Below, piece by piece: positions 1-11,173 of a stretch of DNA of 64,000 nucleotides. Below the pieces are notes generated by a model. That model had not been told where the DNA came from. It did no database searches and saw only the letters and a program-made list of their open reading frames with translations. Position 1 is the first letter of the stretch, and each line of letters starts with the position of its first letter. Position numbers and translations under genes: made by a program. The DNA comes from Aulosira sp. ZfuVER01 (GTDB lineage: Bacteria > Cyanobacteriota > Cyanobacteriia > Cyanobacteriales > Nostocaceae), in NCBI GenBank assembly GCA_034530615.2, contig JAVRCV020000052.1, forward strand, positions 32,001-96,000, in the 5' to 3' direction.

Positions 1-46
1 CTCACTTTGCTCCCGTTCAAAATTAAAAATTATTGAAAATTTTCCG

Positions 47-535
47 ATGAGAGATTATTATCGAGATTTTTTGATTCGTAACTGGGAGCAGAGCGATCGC
101 ACAAGCACTGCCGCAGTTATCAGTTATGTATTATCAGAATACGGTTTGGGTTGGGAACCCAACGGCGCTGATCGAGATGTGGTGCAAGTGGAGGAATGCT
201 ACTTAGCCACTGGTGGCGAGTTTTGGGTAATTGAACACCAAGGACAATTAGTAGGAACTGGGGCATATTACCCCGTAAATCGTGGTGAAAAAGCTGTAGA
301 AATCCGCAAAATGTACCTCTTACCCAGCATCAGAGGTATAGGACTAGGGAAATATTTATTACAACAACTAGAAGCAGCGATCGCCGCCCGTGGTTTTCAG
401 CAAATTTGGATTGAAACCGCGAGTGTTTTAGTAGAAGCAGTCAAACTATATGAAAGCAACGGCTACAAACCAGCAACAGGTGTAGAAACCCCAAGGTGCG
501 ATCGCGTGTATGTCAAATTCCTCAACCAGCCATAA
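47..535 (+). CDS. GNAT family N-acetyltransferase
   Basis: 162-aa ORF with GNAT motif A (EIRKMYLLPSIRGIGLGKYLL) and motif B (AVKLYESNGY). Confidence 0.9.
   Translation: MRDYYRDFLIRNWEQSDRTSTAAVISYVLSEYGLGWEPNGADRDVVQVEECYLATGGEFWVIEHQGQLVGTGAYYPVNRGEKAVEIRKMYLLPSIRGIGLGKYLLQQLEAAIAARGFQQIWIETASVLVEAVKLYESNGYKPATGVETPRCDRVYVKFLNQP
93..100. repeat. HIP1 octamer GCGATCGC (one example of many across the window)
   Basis: Seen at 93-100, 377-384, 23214-23221, 25249-25256, 38604-38611, 44619-44626 and many more; established cyanobacterial signature. Confidence 0.95.
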
Positions 536-572
536 GGAGTAGGGGACAAGGGAGACAAGGAAGAAATAACCA

Positions 573-600
573 ATGCCCTATGCCCTATGCCCCATGCCCA
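573..600. repeat. STRR-type heptamer tandem repeat (ATGCCCN)x4
   Basis: atgccct atgccct atgcccc atgccca between the GNAT and comF genes. Confidence 0.85.
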
Positions 601-607
601 ATAACAA

Positions 608-1288
608 ATGACTAATTATGCTAGAACCGCAATTAAAGGTTTACTTAATCTTTTTCTTCAATCTCATTGTCCTCTGTGTCAACGAAGTACAGCTCGTGAA
701 CTTTGTGAATACTGTGAAAAACAGTTAAAAAAATGTCACCTCCAAGACCCAAATATCTTATGGAAAGAGCCTCTACCAGTGTTTAGCTGGGGAATTTATG
801 GTGGTTCCTTAAAAAGAGCGATCGCGGCGCTGAAATACGAAAATCAACCGCAAATTGCTCGTCCTTTGGGTCGATGGTTAGGAGAGGCTTGGTTATTAAA
901 TTCACCAAGACGCGATCAAAAGCTGGTTGTTGTTCCTATACCACTTCACGCTAGTAAGCAAAAACAACGTGGCTATAACCAAGCTGCACTCTTAGCACAC
1001 AGCTTTTGCCAAACAACTGGGTTAAAATTTAAACCAAATGGTCTAGAAAGAGTTAGAGAAACTAAAGCGCAGTTTGGTTTATCAGTATCAGAGCGAGAAA
1101 AAAACTTGGCAGCAGCTTTTGTTGTTGGGCAAGGATTACGCGATCGCCATCCGGATTTCCCAGTATTATTAATGGATGATATTTATACTACTGGTGCTAC
1201 TGCTGCTGCTGCGGTACAAACACTTAGTAACTGGGGAATTTCTGTCTCTGGGTTAGTAGCGCTTGCTACTGCTATCAAAAATAAATAA
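608..1288 (+). CDS. comF: ComF family protein (zinc ribbon + phosphoribosyltransferase domain)
   Basis: CPLC..CEYC, VPIPLH...RGYNQA, LLMDDIYTTGAT PRPP-binding motif. Confidence 0.9.
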   Translation: MTNYARTAIKGLLNLFLQSHCPLCQRSTARELCEYCEKQLKKCHLQDPNILWKEPLPVFSWGIYGGSLKRAIAALKYENQPQIARPLGRWLGEAWLLNSPRRDQKLVVVPIPLHASKQKQRGYNQAALLAHSFCQTTGLKFKPNGLERVRETKAQFGLSVSEREKNLAAAFVVGQGLRDRHPDFPVLLMDDIYTTGATAAAAVQTLSNWGISVSGLVALATAIKNK

Positions 1289-1369
1289 CCAAACAATTCA
1301 TGGGCAAGCTTTCCCAGACAACTCTATAATTGACCAGATCACCCTGTTTTTGTGGGAATTTTGCTTGAA

Positions 1370-1831
1370 ATGATCAGTAAGGCTTTGGCAACGGGTTTGA
1401 AACGGGTAATCATCTTTCCTGCCACTTTAGTGGCAATTAGTCTAAGTACAAGCGCAGCTTTTGCTCAAAATAAGTTATATAGTCCAATTCCTTTAAATAC
1501 TAGTAGTGCTGAATTTAACGATACGCTCTCAGAGAAAGATATTCCCACAGGTCAGGGCGGATTTGCCCGTGATTATACGGTGAAGTTAAATAAGGGCGAT
1601 AACTTAGCAGTTGATTTGGCATCTGACAACTTTGACAGCATCATCACGCTGCTTTCACCCAATGGAGCAACATTGGCAGAAAATGATGATGGCCCCGATG
1701 GTACGAGTAACTCCCTATTATTTACCCGCATTGTGGAAACAGGTACTTATATTATTCGCGTCCGTTCTTTTGGGGAAACTGGTGTTGGCAACTTTAAACT
1801 TAAAGTGACAAAGCTGCAACCGATTAAATGA
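1370..1831 (+). CDS. Secreted PPC (pre-peptidase C-terminal) domain protein
   Basis: Signal peptide ending AAFA-Q; PPC pattern DLASDNFD..LAENDD..GTYIIRVRSF; ATG 1370 chosen over GTG 1352. Confidence 0.8.
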   Translation: MISKALATGLKRVIIFPATLVAISLSTSAAFAQNKLYSPIPLNTSSAEFNDTLSEKDIPTGQGGFARDYTVKLNKGDNLAVDLASDNFDSIITLLSPNGATLAENDDGPDGTSNSLLFTRIVETGTYIIRVRSFGETGVGNFKLKVTKLQPIK

Positions 1832-1833
1832 AT

Positions 1834-1866
1834 TGGGCATCGGGCATTGGGCATGGGGTATCGGGA
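1834..1866. repeat. STRR-type heptamer array (GGGCATN)n
   Basis: tgggcatcgggcattgggcatggggtatcggg just after the PPC gene stop. Confidence 0.8.
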
Positions 1867-1951
1867 ATTGCCTAAGAAGGCAATACGCAATCATTAGTTA
1901 TTTCTTCCCCTGCTCCCTTGTCTTCCTTGTCCCCTTAGTCCTCAGTCTCTC

Positions 1952-2725
1952 CTAAAAAGCAGTCAGTACGCACAGAAAAAGGGCTTCAGTCCATTCAACG
2001 ACTGCGCCGTATGTATCGCCTGTGTGTCCGCCTAATTTGTAATTGAACCACGCACCAGTCAAAATGGCGATCGCACTTCCCGCGATCGCCATTGTTAGTG
2101 CCAAAAACATCTGCTTGCTATCTAGCAAAAAAAGTAGCCCGCTTAAAGCTATGAGCAACAGTAGCCCCGGTAACAAATCTTTGTAAGATTGAATGGCTTG
2201 TTTATGAAACGCGCCTTTACCAGTAGGTTTTAAGTAAGGATAACAAGCGATCGCTAGCTGTTGTCCCCAGCGTCCCCAACCACAAGCCGCCATCAATATC
2301 AGCCAACGGTTTGCTTCTATATCGATCAATGCTGTTGTTTTGAGCAACAATAAAGCGATCGCAGCCATTGCGCCAAAAGCACCTGTAGCACTGTCTGCCA
2401 TTACCTCTAAGCGCCTTTCTGGGTCGCCCACCGCTAAACCATCAGCAGTATCCATCGTTCCATCTAAATGCAGTCCTCCAGTAATGCCAATCCCCATACT
2501 GACTACTAAGGCACTGCGCGTTAATACTGGTATACCCAAATAACTCATCCCTGTATCACATAAGCCTAAAATTCCGCCAATCAATAGCCCTACTAGTGGA
2601 GCAAAACGTGCCACCCTCCAAAAATCTAATTCCCTGAGATTTGGCAAGGGAATAACAGTATAGAATATTACGCTTGCTGCCAAATCCAACAGCAGGTTTT
2701 TTCCGGATGGAGGCTGATTTGTCAT
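1952..2725 (-). CDS. cobS: Adenosylcobinamide-GDP ribazoletransferase (cobalamin synthase)
   Basis: [28 protein letters not shown] and [13 protein letters not shown] motifs; multi-TM. Confidence 0.95.
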   Translation of the reverse strand: MTNQPPSGKNLLLDLAASVIFYTVIPLPNLRELDFWRVARFAPLVGLLIGGILGLCDTGMSYLGIPVLTRSALVVSMGIGITGGLHLDGTMDTADGLAVGDPERRLEVMADSATGAFGAMAAIALLLLKTTALIDIEANRWLILMAACGWGRWGQQLAIACYPYLKPTGKGAFHKQAIQSYKDLLPGLLLLIALSGLLFLLDSKQMFLALTMAIAGSAIAILTGAWFNYKLGGHTGDTYGAVVEWTEALFLCVLTAF

Positions 2726-3093
2726 ATTATTTACTTTCCTAAACAGCTATTTATGGAATAAGTTCACTATTCCTTCACAAGCTGTGCTAGAAGATTTTAA
2801 AGCTTTAAATAAGTTTTATTTGCTATAGAGATTCATCCAAAAAATTTTGTTATGCTAGTCTCAGTGTCTAGATGATACACAAGCATTAATTTATACAAAA
2901 TATTAATAAATCTCAAAAATGAAAAATTTCAACACAGAGAATTTTGTTTTGTATTCTTAAATTAAGAACCTAATTCAAGTTATTAGACGATTGCCCTCGA
3001 AAGTTGATATTTTTTAAATGTAGGGGGTATACAGACTGTCAACTTCAATGTTTTGCGCTGTTGCACTCACCTTCGCTCAATCCCCATTTGCTT

Positions 3094-3546
3094 ATGAGTC
3101 ACCATCTACCCGACACCAGGATACCAGCTCCGTGCATTATTAACACGGGCATTATTGTGAATAAGCTCGACATACGGCGATTGTTGGCTGACTTAGGTCG
3201 AGTCCACTACATCTACACCCAAGAAGGCCAATTACAGAGTGAGGGTGATGGGGATGTGATGGAAGTATTTGCCAATCCACAAAGATCTACTTTAGTTGCC
3301 AATCAAGCGCTTTATTTGAATGTTCATAGTTTTGATTACTTAGAATTGAAACAGTCTCCGCAACAAGAAACCTACTTTGATTTAATGCAGGAAGGTATGT
3401 GTTTGCGGCTGATTCCCCTCTCTACTCCCCAGCAAGAGCGAAGGGAGCGTAACTTGAATGTCAGCGCTATCGAAGCCATGATGGAGCAAGTACTCTCTGC
3501 TAGATGGGATGCAGAAATTGATGATGACACTTCCGATTCATTTTAA
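3094..3546 (+). CDS. Hypothetical protein (150 aa)
   Basis: Protein-like ORF from ATG 3094 (MSHHLPDTRIPAPCIINTG...) with acidic C-terminus; function not recognised. Confidence 0.75.
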   Translation: MSHHLPDTRIPAPCIINTGIIVNKLDIRRLLADLGRVHYIYTQEGQLQSEGDGDVMEVFANPQRSTLVANQALYLNVHSFDYLELKQSPQQETYFDLMQEGMCLRLIPLSTPQQERRERNLNVSAIEAMMEQVLSARWDAEIDDDTSDSF

Positions 3547-3655
3547 ATAGCAACGGAAATACTATATAGTCGAAAAGTTGGTAATCGGTTAGTAGTTGGC
3601 ACTCAGGTAGTAGCTAATACCCAGTTACCATTTTTTATACTTGTCCATTATTTAG

Positions 3656-4780
<1,125 letters not shown>

Positions 4781-4817
4781 GACAAAGAGACACAGGGACG
4801 CGGAGCAATAACAAATA

Positions 4818-4847
4818 ACTCTTGACTCTTGACTCTTGACTCTTGAC
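4818..4847. repeat. Heptamer tandem repeat (ACTCTTG)x4
   Basis: actcttg repeated four times between tgt and psbK. Confidence 0.85.
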
Positions 4848-4924
4848 AAATAACCAATGCCCAAACCATGTTAAGATACATCTCAATTATGAAAGCTGTG
4901 TTGGATAGGTGGATTTAAACGAAT

Positions 4925-5062
4925 ATGGAAGCAGCATTGTTGTTAGCAAAATTGCCGGAAGCTTACCAAATTTTTGATCCTCTGGTAGATGTTCTCCCAG
5001 TAATTCCCGTTTTCTTCTTGTTACTTGCTTTCGTTTGGCAAGCAGCAGTGGGATTTAGGTAA
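4925..5062 (+). CDS. psbK: Photosystem II reaction centre protein K
   Basis: Hand-translated 45 aa [45 protein letters not shown]; not in ORF track. Confidence 0.97.
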
Positions 5063-5084
5063 GTTAATTGAATTTCAATTTCTG

Positions 5085-5115
5085 GGACAGGTATTTTAAC
5101 CTGTCCTATTTTTTT
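5085..5115 (+). terminator. Rho-independent terminator after psbK
   Basis: GGACAGGT/ACCTGTCC stem followed by a T-run. Confidence 0.75.
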
Positions 5116-5245
5116 AAATTATTCTCTTTACTAAAGTTTACTATTATTAATAATATGTAATCTTTTAATATAGACTTAAGTTAGCATATCAAGCTTGGTT
5201 AACAAAAAGTCAACAACCAAACTTAAAGTCAATAAGGTAGCAGTT

Positions 5246-5542
5246 ATGGGTAATATCAAATTCATTAAAGAAAATAAAGAAGTAATAGCAGCAGATGGTG
5301 CCAATCTCCGGCTTAAAGCAATGCAAAATGGGATTGACATATATACATTGATTGGCAAAATGACAAATTGCGGCGGCTATGGACAGTGTGGCACTTGCAT
5401 AGTCGAGGTTGTTGAAGGCATAGAGAATCTTTCCCCCCGCACAGATGTAGAAAATCGCAAATTGAAGAAAAAACCTGAAAATTACCGCCTTGCTTGTCAA
5501 ACCTTAGTAAATGGACCAGTAAGTGTGGTGACGAAGCCTTAG
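5246..5542 (+). CDS. 2Fe-2S ferredoxin-like protein
   Basis: [10 protein letters not shown]...RLACQ ligands; ATG 5246 preceded by AAGGTAG. Confidence 0.92.
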   Translation: MGNIKFIKENKEVIAADGANLRLKAMQNGIDIYTLIGKMTNCGGYGQCGTCIVEVVEGIENLSPRTDVENRKLKKKPENYRLACQTLVNGPVSVVTKP

Positions 5543-5642
5543 TCTTTTAGCATTTGCGGCAGCAGAAAATTTGGGCAAACTCTGTCATCGATGATGCTAT
5601 TCTAATGTTGTTGACTGGAAATCTAGGAGAGGCTTTCTTGCC

Positions 5643-5759
5643 ATGCAAGTTAATGACCTGGGGTTTGTAGCGAGCATTCTGTTCGTACTTGTTCCCGCTG
5701 TATTTTTGATAGTTCTGTACATCCAAACTGCCAGCCGCGAAGGTAAAAAAGATAGTTAA
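5643..5759 (+). CDS. psbM: Photosystem II reaction centre protein M
   Basis: Hand-translated 38 aa [46 protein letters not shown] upstream; not in ORF track. Confidence 0.97.
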   Translation: MQVNDLGFVASILFVLVPAVFLIVLYIQTASREGKKDS

Positions 5760-5780
5760 TACGTTTTTTATAAAATAAAG

Positions 5781-5814
5781 AACCCCTGCACCTGTGGTGT
5801 AGGGGTTTTTGTTT
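5781..5814. terminator. Hairpin terminator between convergent psbM and usp
   Basis: AACCCCTGCACC-tgt-GGTGTAGGGGTT with T-run after and A-rich run before. Confidence 0.8.
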
Positions 5815-5839
5815 ATCAACCGCTAAGTCTATTTTGTCC

Positions 5840-6694
5840 TTAACTAGTAGTTCGTGCCAACAACACAGGACAAGTAGCATTAACTCGAACATAATCAGAC
5901 AAAGAAGCACCGATTAGCCGATCTATATCCACAAAACTCTTAGCTACCGATGGCCGACGATCTGGAGAGCCGAGTAACAATAAATCTACGTTCAACTCCT
6001 CTGCCAAACGACAGATTTCTTCACCTGGCTTCCCGCTACTGCTGAAACAACGAGTTTTCACCCCTTGTCTTTCGGCTTCTGCAACTGCTGCTGCCAAAAC
6101 TGAATTTTTCTCTGGGGTAACTTCGTTTAGTTCCGATGATTTGCCACGTAAATCTGTATTAACATTAGCTAAAATTAGCTGACCACCCTGGATATCTCGC
6201 AACAGGAACAAAGCCAAACTCAAGCAGTGTTTTGCAGCATCAGAGTTATCCATTGCCACCATAACGCGGTTAATTCTTTTGACATAAATGTCATCTTTGA
6301 CCAGCAACATGGGGCGAGAAGACAGTTGAAATACATACTGGCTAACTGAATTCGATAAAATCGATTGCAGGCGCTTGAGTCCCCGTGAACCCATAATAAT
6401 CAAGTCAGCATCTATTTCATCAGCTACCTTGCAAACTACATCTTTGGGATCGCCTTGCCGCAAGATAGAGGAAACTTGACTTGGATCTAAGTTCAAAGAC
6501 TGAATAGCATTAGCGAGAATCTTGCCACCTTCTTCCCATTTTTCTGTCATAGCAGAAGCGGTAGATTTAGCATTAACTACGTGCAAAACAGTAACTTTTG
6601 CAGTTTGAATTGATGGCACTTCTTTCAATGCTTTGAGCATTTCTTCTGCATGTCCCAATCCAGACACAGCCAGCAAAATTTTCTCTATCATCAT
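5840..6694 (-). CDS. Universal stress protein (tandem USP domains)
   Basis: KILLAVSG...ADLIIMGSRG...SVSQYV..PMLLV and second domain RVMVAMD...DLLLLGS...CPVLL. Confidence 0.93.
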   Translation of the reverse strand: MMIEKILLAVSGLGHAEEMLKALKEVPSIQTAKVTVLHVVNAKSTASAMTEKWEEGGKILANAIQSLNLDPSQVSSILRQGDPKDVVCKVADEIDADLIIMGSRGLKRLQSILSNSVSQYVFQLSSRPMLLVKDDIYVKRINRVMVAMDNSDAAKHCLSLALFLLRDIQGGQLILANVNTDLRGKSSELNEVTPEKNSVLAAAVAEAERQGVKTRCFSSSGKPGEEICRLAEELNVDLLLLGSPDRRPSVAKSFVDIDRLIGASLSDYVRVNATCPVLLARTTS

Positions 6695-7461
6695 AGTCTT
6701 GTGGTTAAGATTGCTTTGGTTTCTGCTCTTAGTAATTTCTTTCAGCTAGGCTTGTTATCACCTTGCTGAACAACCTAGTAAGTTTTCCGCACACATAAAA
6801 TCACAATCAGTCATCCACACAATTACTGTTCTGGAATTAGAATTATAGACTTTCACGTTGGATTGTGATGTTTGTTTGCCCTTAGTTACGTAAGTTCTTA
6901 ACTAGGTTCTGATGATTAAGCTTACTCTCAATTTAGCCTGATATATTTACTAAACTATGATGGTATTTATTATTTTTAATCTATGTTAACCTTTATTCAT
7001 TAAAAGGTAGTTAAGTATTGCAAAGAAACTCTAAAAAAAAGTAGCTGAATTATAACATCTTTCTATTAAGTTCCCGATTTTGCAATAACTGTTTAAAATC
7101 ATCAATTATTTCTTTATAAATTTTTTGGGTTCACTCTCATGAGAAATTTTTATCAAATCAACAATATTTCTTTATTACTGTATGTTCACAGTTGACTATT
7201 GACTGCCAACTCATAAATTCAGTTGGAAAGTTTCATGACACACATAATTACGCTTAAATAGCGATCGCTATTTAATTCCACATACTGAAGCAATTTAAAA
7301 CAAAAAGCATAAATAATTACTTAATATACGTATTTTGGGATCAATTCTCAGTTTGTCCCTCTCACACCCATCATCCCCATAGGGGCGTGGTCTCCGCGCC
7401 CTCTTAATTCCATGATGAAATTTGATTTTGCTCGTAAGTGCGATCGCCCCAAATCATCTCA

Positions 7462-7470
7462 GGGAATACT
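7462..7470 (+). promoter_or_regulatory. Putative SigJ-type extended -10 (J-box) GGGAATACT
   Basis: Exact GGGAATACT ending 31 nt before ATG 7502; matches the Nostoc punctiforme SigJ promoter consensus as I recall it. Confidence 0.55.
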
Positions 7471-7501
7471 AGGATGATGTTGAGCGTTTAAGTTTTTGAT
7501 T

Positions 7502-8257
7502 ATGCGTCAATTTTTTCAGTATATCCGTATATTTGCGTGCATCAGCTTAGTTTGTTGTCTTTTAAGCTGGTCACTCCCTGCACAAGCGGCTAGTCTCAAT
7601 CCCAAACTAGAACAGCAAGTATTACAAATCCTCCGCGAACACCCGGAGGTAATTATCGAATCTGTCGAAACATACCAGCAGCAACAGCAAAAACAGCTAC
7701 AGCAAGTACGGCAAAGCTTTTTACAGGATTTAAAAACAAATCCTCAGTTGGTAATTGGTGAGTCTCCTACTACGGGATCGACAACATCAAAGATTGTGCT
7801 AGTAGAATTTTCTGATTTTCAATGTCCCTACTGTGCTGAGGCGCATAAAACATTGAAGCAGTTATTAGCAAAGCACCAGAATGAAGTGACATTAGTTTAC
7901 AAACATTTCCCGTTGACTGCAATTCATGCTGAAGCATTACCGGCAGCTAAAGCAGCTTGGGCAGCAAATCAACAAGGTAAATTCTGGGAATATCAAGATG
8001 CTTTGTTTACTAATCAAAAACAACTGAGTGAAGCGTTATATTTAGATACTGCCAAAGCTTTGAATCTCGATTTAGAAAAGTTTAAAAGCGATGCCTTTGG
8101 TGCTAACAATCTTGCTGAAAAAGCTATAGGGAAAGATGTTCGATTAGCTGAACAATTGGGCATTGCTGGTACACCTTTCTTTGTAATGAATAGTAAAAAT
8201 TTCTCTGGTGTCGTGCAGTTATCCAACATCGAGAGTATATTAGCTGACGCTAAGTAG
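7502..8257 (+). CDS. DsbA family thiol-disulfide oxidoreductase
   Basis: Signal peptide; VEFSDFQCPYC, YKHFPL, GIAGTPFF. Confidence 0.93.
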   Translation: MRQFFQYIRIFACISLVCCLLSWSLPAQAASLNPKLEQQVLQILREHPEVIIESVETYQQQQQKQLQQVRQSFLQDLKTNPQLVIGESPTTGSTTSKIVLVEFSDFQCPYCAEAHKTLKQLLAKHQNEVTLVYKHFPLTAIHAEALPAAKAAWAANQQGKFWEYQDALFTNQKQLSEALYLDTAKALNLDLEKFKSDAFGANNLAEKAIGKDVRLAEQLGIAGTPFFVMNSKNFSGVVQLSNIESILADAK

Positions 8258-8534
8258 ATGATGTCATACTGCGAACCCCAGGTATTTATAGGGAACAATA
8301 TTCCCCACTAGGTAGTCTACTCACTCTTTACGTTTCTTGTAAGAAAGGTTACAACATGATGTTGAGTGAGAATTGTATAACGCAGAGTTTTAGCGCTGAG
8401 TATCGGAGAGTTATCTGTACTCTTTGGCGTAACTCTGCGCTTTTTTTCAGTATCTATCTCGTTGATATTACGAAGTTTGTATGTATATAAGATCAATAAA
8501 AATTGTCAGTATCAATAACATAGAGAGGTAATTT

Positions 8535-9242
8535 ATGGGTCGCGCTGGAATTTGGCTATTTTTGCCCCTTACCCTGATAGTTAGCTGTTATCAAGAACTG
8601 CTACCCACTAATCAATCTGTAGCAAAATCACCCCAGTCTATAGTTCAACAAGCTAATCCGACTTTTTTAGCTAAGGCTAGTTATCTTTCCACCTTGGAAC
8701 AACAAGTAATTGTTGAAACTAACAAGGTGCGGACAAATCCTAAGTCTTACCTTCCTATATTAGAAAACTATAGAAAGCGCTTTCAAGGGAACCGAGTCAA
8801 AATTGCTGATAATACTTATTTGGTGACTCAAGAAGGGGTAAGTGCAGTGGATGAGGCAATCGCATTTCTCAAATCGGCTCGCCCTGTGGGAGCATTAACT
8901 CCATCTAAAGGTATGTCTTTAGGTGCTAGAGATCATGTCAAAGACCAAGGCCCTAAAGGTGCTACAGGTCATAATGGTAGTGATGGTAGCAACCCCGCTA
9001 GTCGCATTAATCGTTATGGTAAATGGCAAACTACCGCAGGCGAAAATATTAGCTATGGCCCAAACACCGCCAGAGATATCGTCATGCAGTTAATTATCGA
9101 TGATGGCGTGCGCGATCGCGGTCATCGCAAAAATATTTTTAACGGTGCTTTCAAGGTTGCTGGTGTTGCTTATGGGACTCACAAATCCTATAGAACAATA
9201 TGCGTAATTACTTACGCTGGTGGTTATAAAGAGAAATCGTAA
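8535..9242 (+). CDS. CAP (SCP) domain lipoprotein
   Basis: Lipobox-like [34 protein letters not shown]. Confidence 0.9.
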   Translation: MGRAGIWLFLPLTLIVSCYQELLPTNQSVAKSPQSIVQQANPTFLAKASYLSTLEQQVIVETNKVRTNPKSYLPILENYRKRFQGNRVKIADNTYLVTQEGVSAVDEAIAFLKSARPVGALTPSKGMSLGARDHVKDQGPKGATGHNGSDGSNPASRINRYGKWQTTAGENISYGPNTARDIVMQLIIDDGVRDRGHRKNIFNGAFKVAGVAYGTHKSYRTICVITYAGGYKEKS

Positions 9243-9306
9243 GTTTGTAAGTCAGGATTTAAGACCCTGACTATGAGAGTTTTTTATTTATGTTAATTAA
9301 TAGAAA

Positions 9307-9870
9307 ATGCTATCACTTCTAGAACAAAAAGTAATAGCAGAAATGAACAAGGTGCGAATAAATCCAACTGCATATATCCAGGTTTTAGAGAATTGGAAAA
9401 AGCATTTTCAAGGTAGAAAAGTTAGAATTTCCGCTCTGGTTTATTTGCAAACTCAAGAAGGAGTACAAGCAGTTGATGAAGCAATATCATTTCTCTATTC
9501 CGTCCGTCCTGTAGCAGCTTTGAGTGTATCTTTGGGTATGTCTTTAGCTGCTAAAGATCATGTTAAAGACCAAGGGATTACAGGTGCAACGGGTCATTAT
9601 GGTAGCGATGGTAGCGATCCCTTTACTCGCATGAACCGCTATGGTGATTGGCAAATTACCGCAGCAGAAAATATTGCCTATGGGTTTCATTTAGCCCAAG
9701 ACATAATTATGCAATTAATTATTGATGATGGTGTAAGCGATCGCGGTCATCGAACAAATATCTTTAACTCTGCTTTTAAAGTTACGGGGGTTGCTTTCGG
9801 TATTCACCCTAACCTAAGACAGATGTGCGCGATTACCTACGCTGGAGGCTATCAAGAAAAATCGGTTTGA
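9307..9870 (+). CDS. CAP (SCP) domain protein, tandem paralog without signal peptide
   Basis: [29 protein letters not shown]; colinear with the upstream gene. Confidence 0.88.
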   Translation: MLSLLEQKVIAEMNKVRINPTAYIQVLENWKKHFQGRKVRISALVYLQTQEGVQAVDEAISFLYSVRPVAALSVSLGMSLAAKDHVKDQGITGATGHYGSDGSDPFTRMNRYGDWQITAAENIAYGFHLAQDIIMQLIIDDGVSDRGHRTNIFNSAFKVTGVAFGIHPNLRQMCAITYAGGYQEKSV

Positions 9871-10021
9871 GGGATGGGATCGCAGAATACTGCTAAAATC
9901 CTTGCTCTTAGCAGTATGTCACAATGAGAAGCAAGATATAAAAAATTGCTATGGCAGACAGAATAGACCGGATTGAGGCAATTTTAGAACATTTTTTTGG
10001 TAGACAGGAGAACGGGGAGTG

Positions 10022-10873
10022 ATGAGCGTGAGCCAGAGTTATCCTGCGGCTAGTGCTGCAAAGTTGAATGTCTATGTTCAAGGTCAAGGGTTGCCCATTT
10101 TAGCTTTACATGGCCATCCTGGTTCCGGTCGGAGTCTTTGTGTGTTTACAAATCACCTATCAAAGCGCTATCAAACTTTTGCTCCTGATTTGCGTGGATA
10201 TGGCAAAAGTCGCTTTCAGGGAAATTTTGCTATGCAAGACCATTTAAACGACCTAGAAGCCCTCATAGACCGCTTTAAAATTGAAAAATTTCTGGTGTTG
10301 GGGTGGTCGCTGGGTGGTATTCTGGCGATGGAACTGGCATTGCGACTGCCACAACGTGTTAAAGGAATGATTTTGGTGGCTACAGCAGCCAGACCGCGTG
10401 GCAACCATCCGCCAATTGCATGGCAGGATAATGTTTACACTGGTGTTGCGGGGATATTGAACTATATCAAACCGAGTTGGCAGTGGAATATTGAAACTTT
10501 TGGTAAGCGATCGCTATTTCGTCACCTAATCCAACAACATACACCAACAGCATACAGTTATATCGCTAAGGACGCTGTGCCAGCTTATTTACAAACTTCC
10601 CCAGCGGCGACTCGTGCCCTTTACACTGCCATACAAGCAGGCTACAACAGACTTACAGATTTGTGGCAAATTGAATGCCCGAGTCTGGTACTTGCTGGTG
10701 CCCAAGACCGCCACATCACAGTTGATGCTAGTTTAGAAACGGCTCGTCACCTCAAGAATTGTCAGTGGCAATCTTACCCCAATACTGCCCACCTTTTCCC
10801 GTGGGAAATTCCAGAGCAAGTATTGAGAGATATTGATTGCTGGCTAGAAGAGCATTCTCAAGAAATTTGGTAA
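10022..10873 (+). CDS. Alpha/beta fold hydrolase
   Basis: HGHPG oxyanion motif, PDLRGYGKS, nucleophile GWSLGG, AH catalytic His. Confidence 0.92.
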   Translation: MSVSQSYPAASAAKLNVYVQGQGLPILALHGHPGSGRSLCVFTNHLSKRYQTFAPDLRGYGKSRFQGNFAMQDHLNDLEALIDRFKIEKFLVLGWSLGGILAMELALRLPQRVKGMILVATAARPRGNHPPIAWQDNVYTGVAGILNYIKPSWQWNIETFGKRSLFRHLIQQHTPTAYSYIAKDAVPAYLQTSPAATRALYTAIQAGYNRLTDLWQIECPSLVLAGAQDRHITVDASLETARHLKNCQWQSYPNTAHLFPWEIPEQVLRDIDCWLEEHSQEIW

Positions 10874-11173
10874 TTTTTATACCAAATTGCGATAATTAGT
10901 ATTTTTTGGGATATATGGAACTTTCCTTTGGTAAAAATTTTTAATCCAAAATCCAAAATTGCTATTTATTCATTAATTCTAGGTCGATTACTAAGCTAGT
11001 AGGTTAGAACCAGTGCATTCAGCAGCCAGATCTAAATCATCTGGCGTAGCTGAGAATGACGATTTTTGCCTCTAAAGAATTCAAGCAAATTGAAACACAA
11101 GAGAAAAAGAAATTTTTTCCTGGTTTGTTCGGTTCTACTCAGGACTCACACTTGGTACTGACTGTTGCCTAAC

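Noticed and set aside
2702..2707. TCCGGA (DIF1-like) inside the cobS 5' end
   Set aside because: A single hexamer in coding sequence, about 390 bp from the next plus-strand start; chance occurrence is likely
5547..5910. Two minus-strand ORFs of 90 and 86 aa
   Set aside because: Antisense to psbM and its terminator; no recognisable protein features
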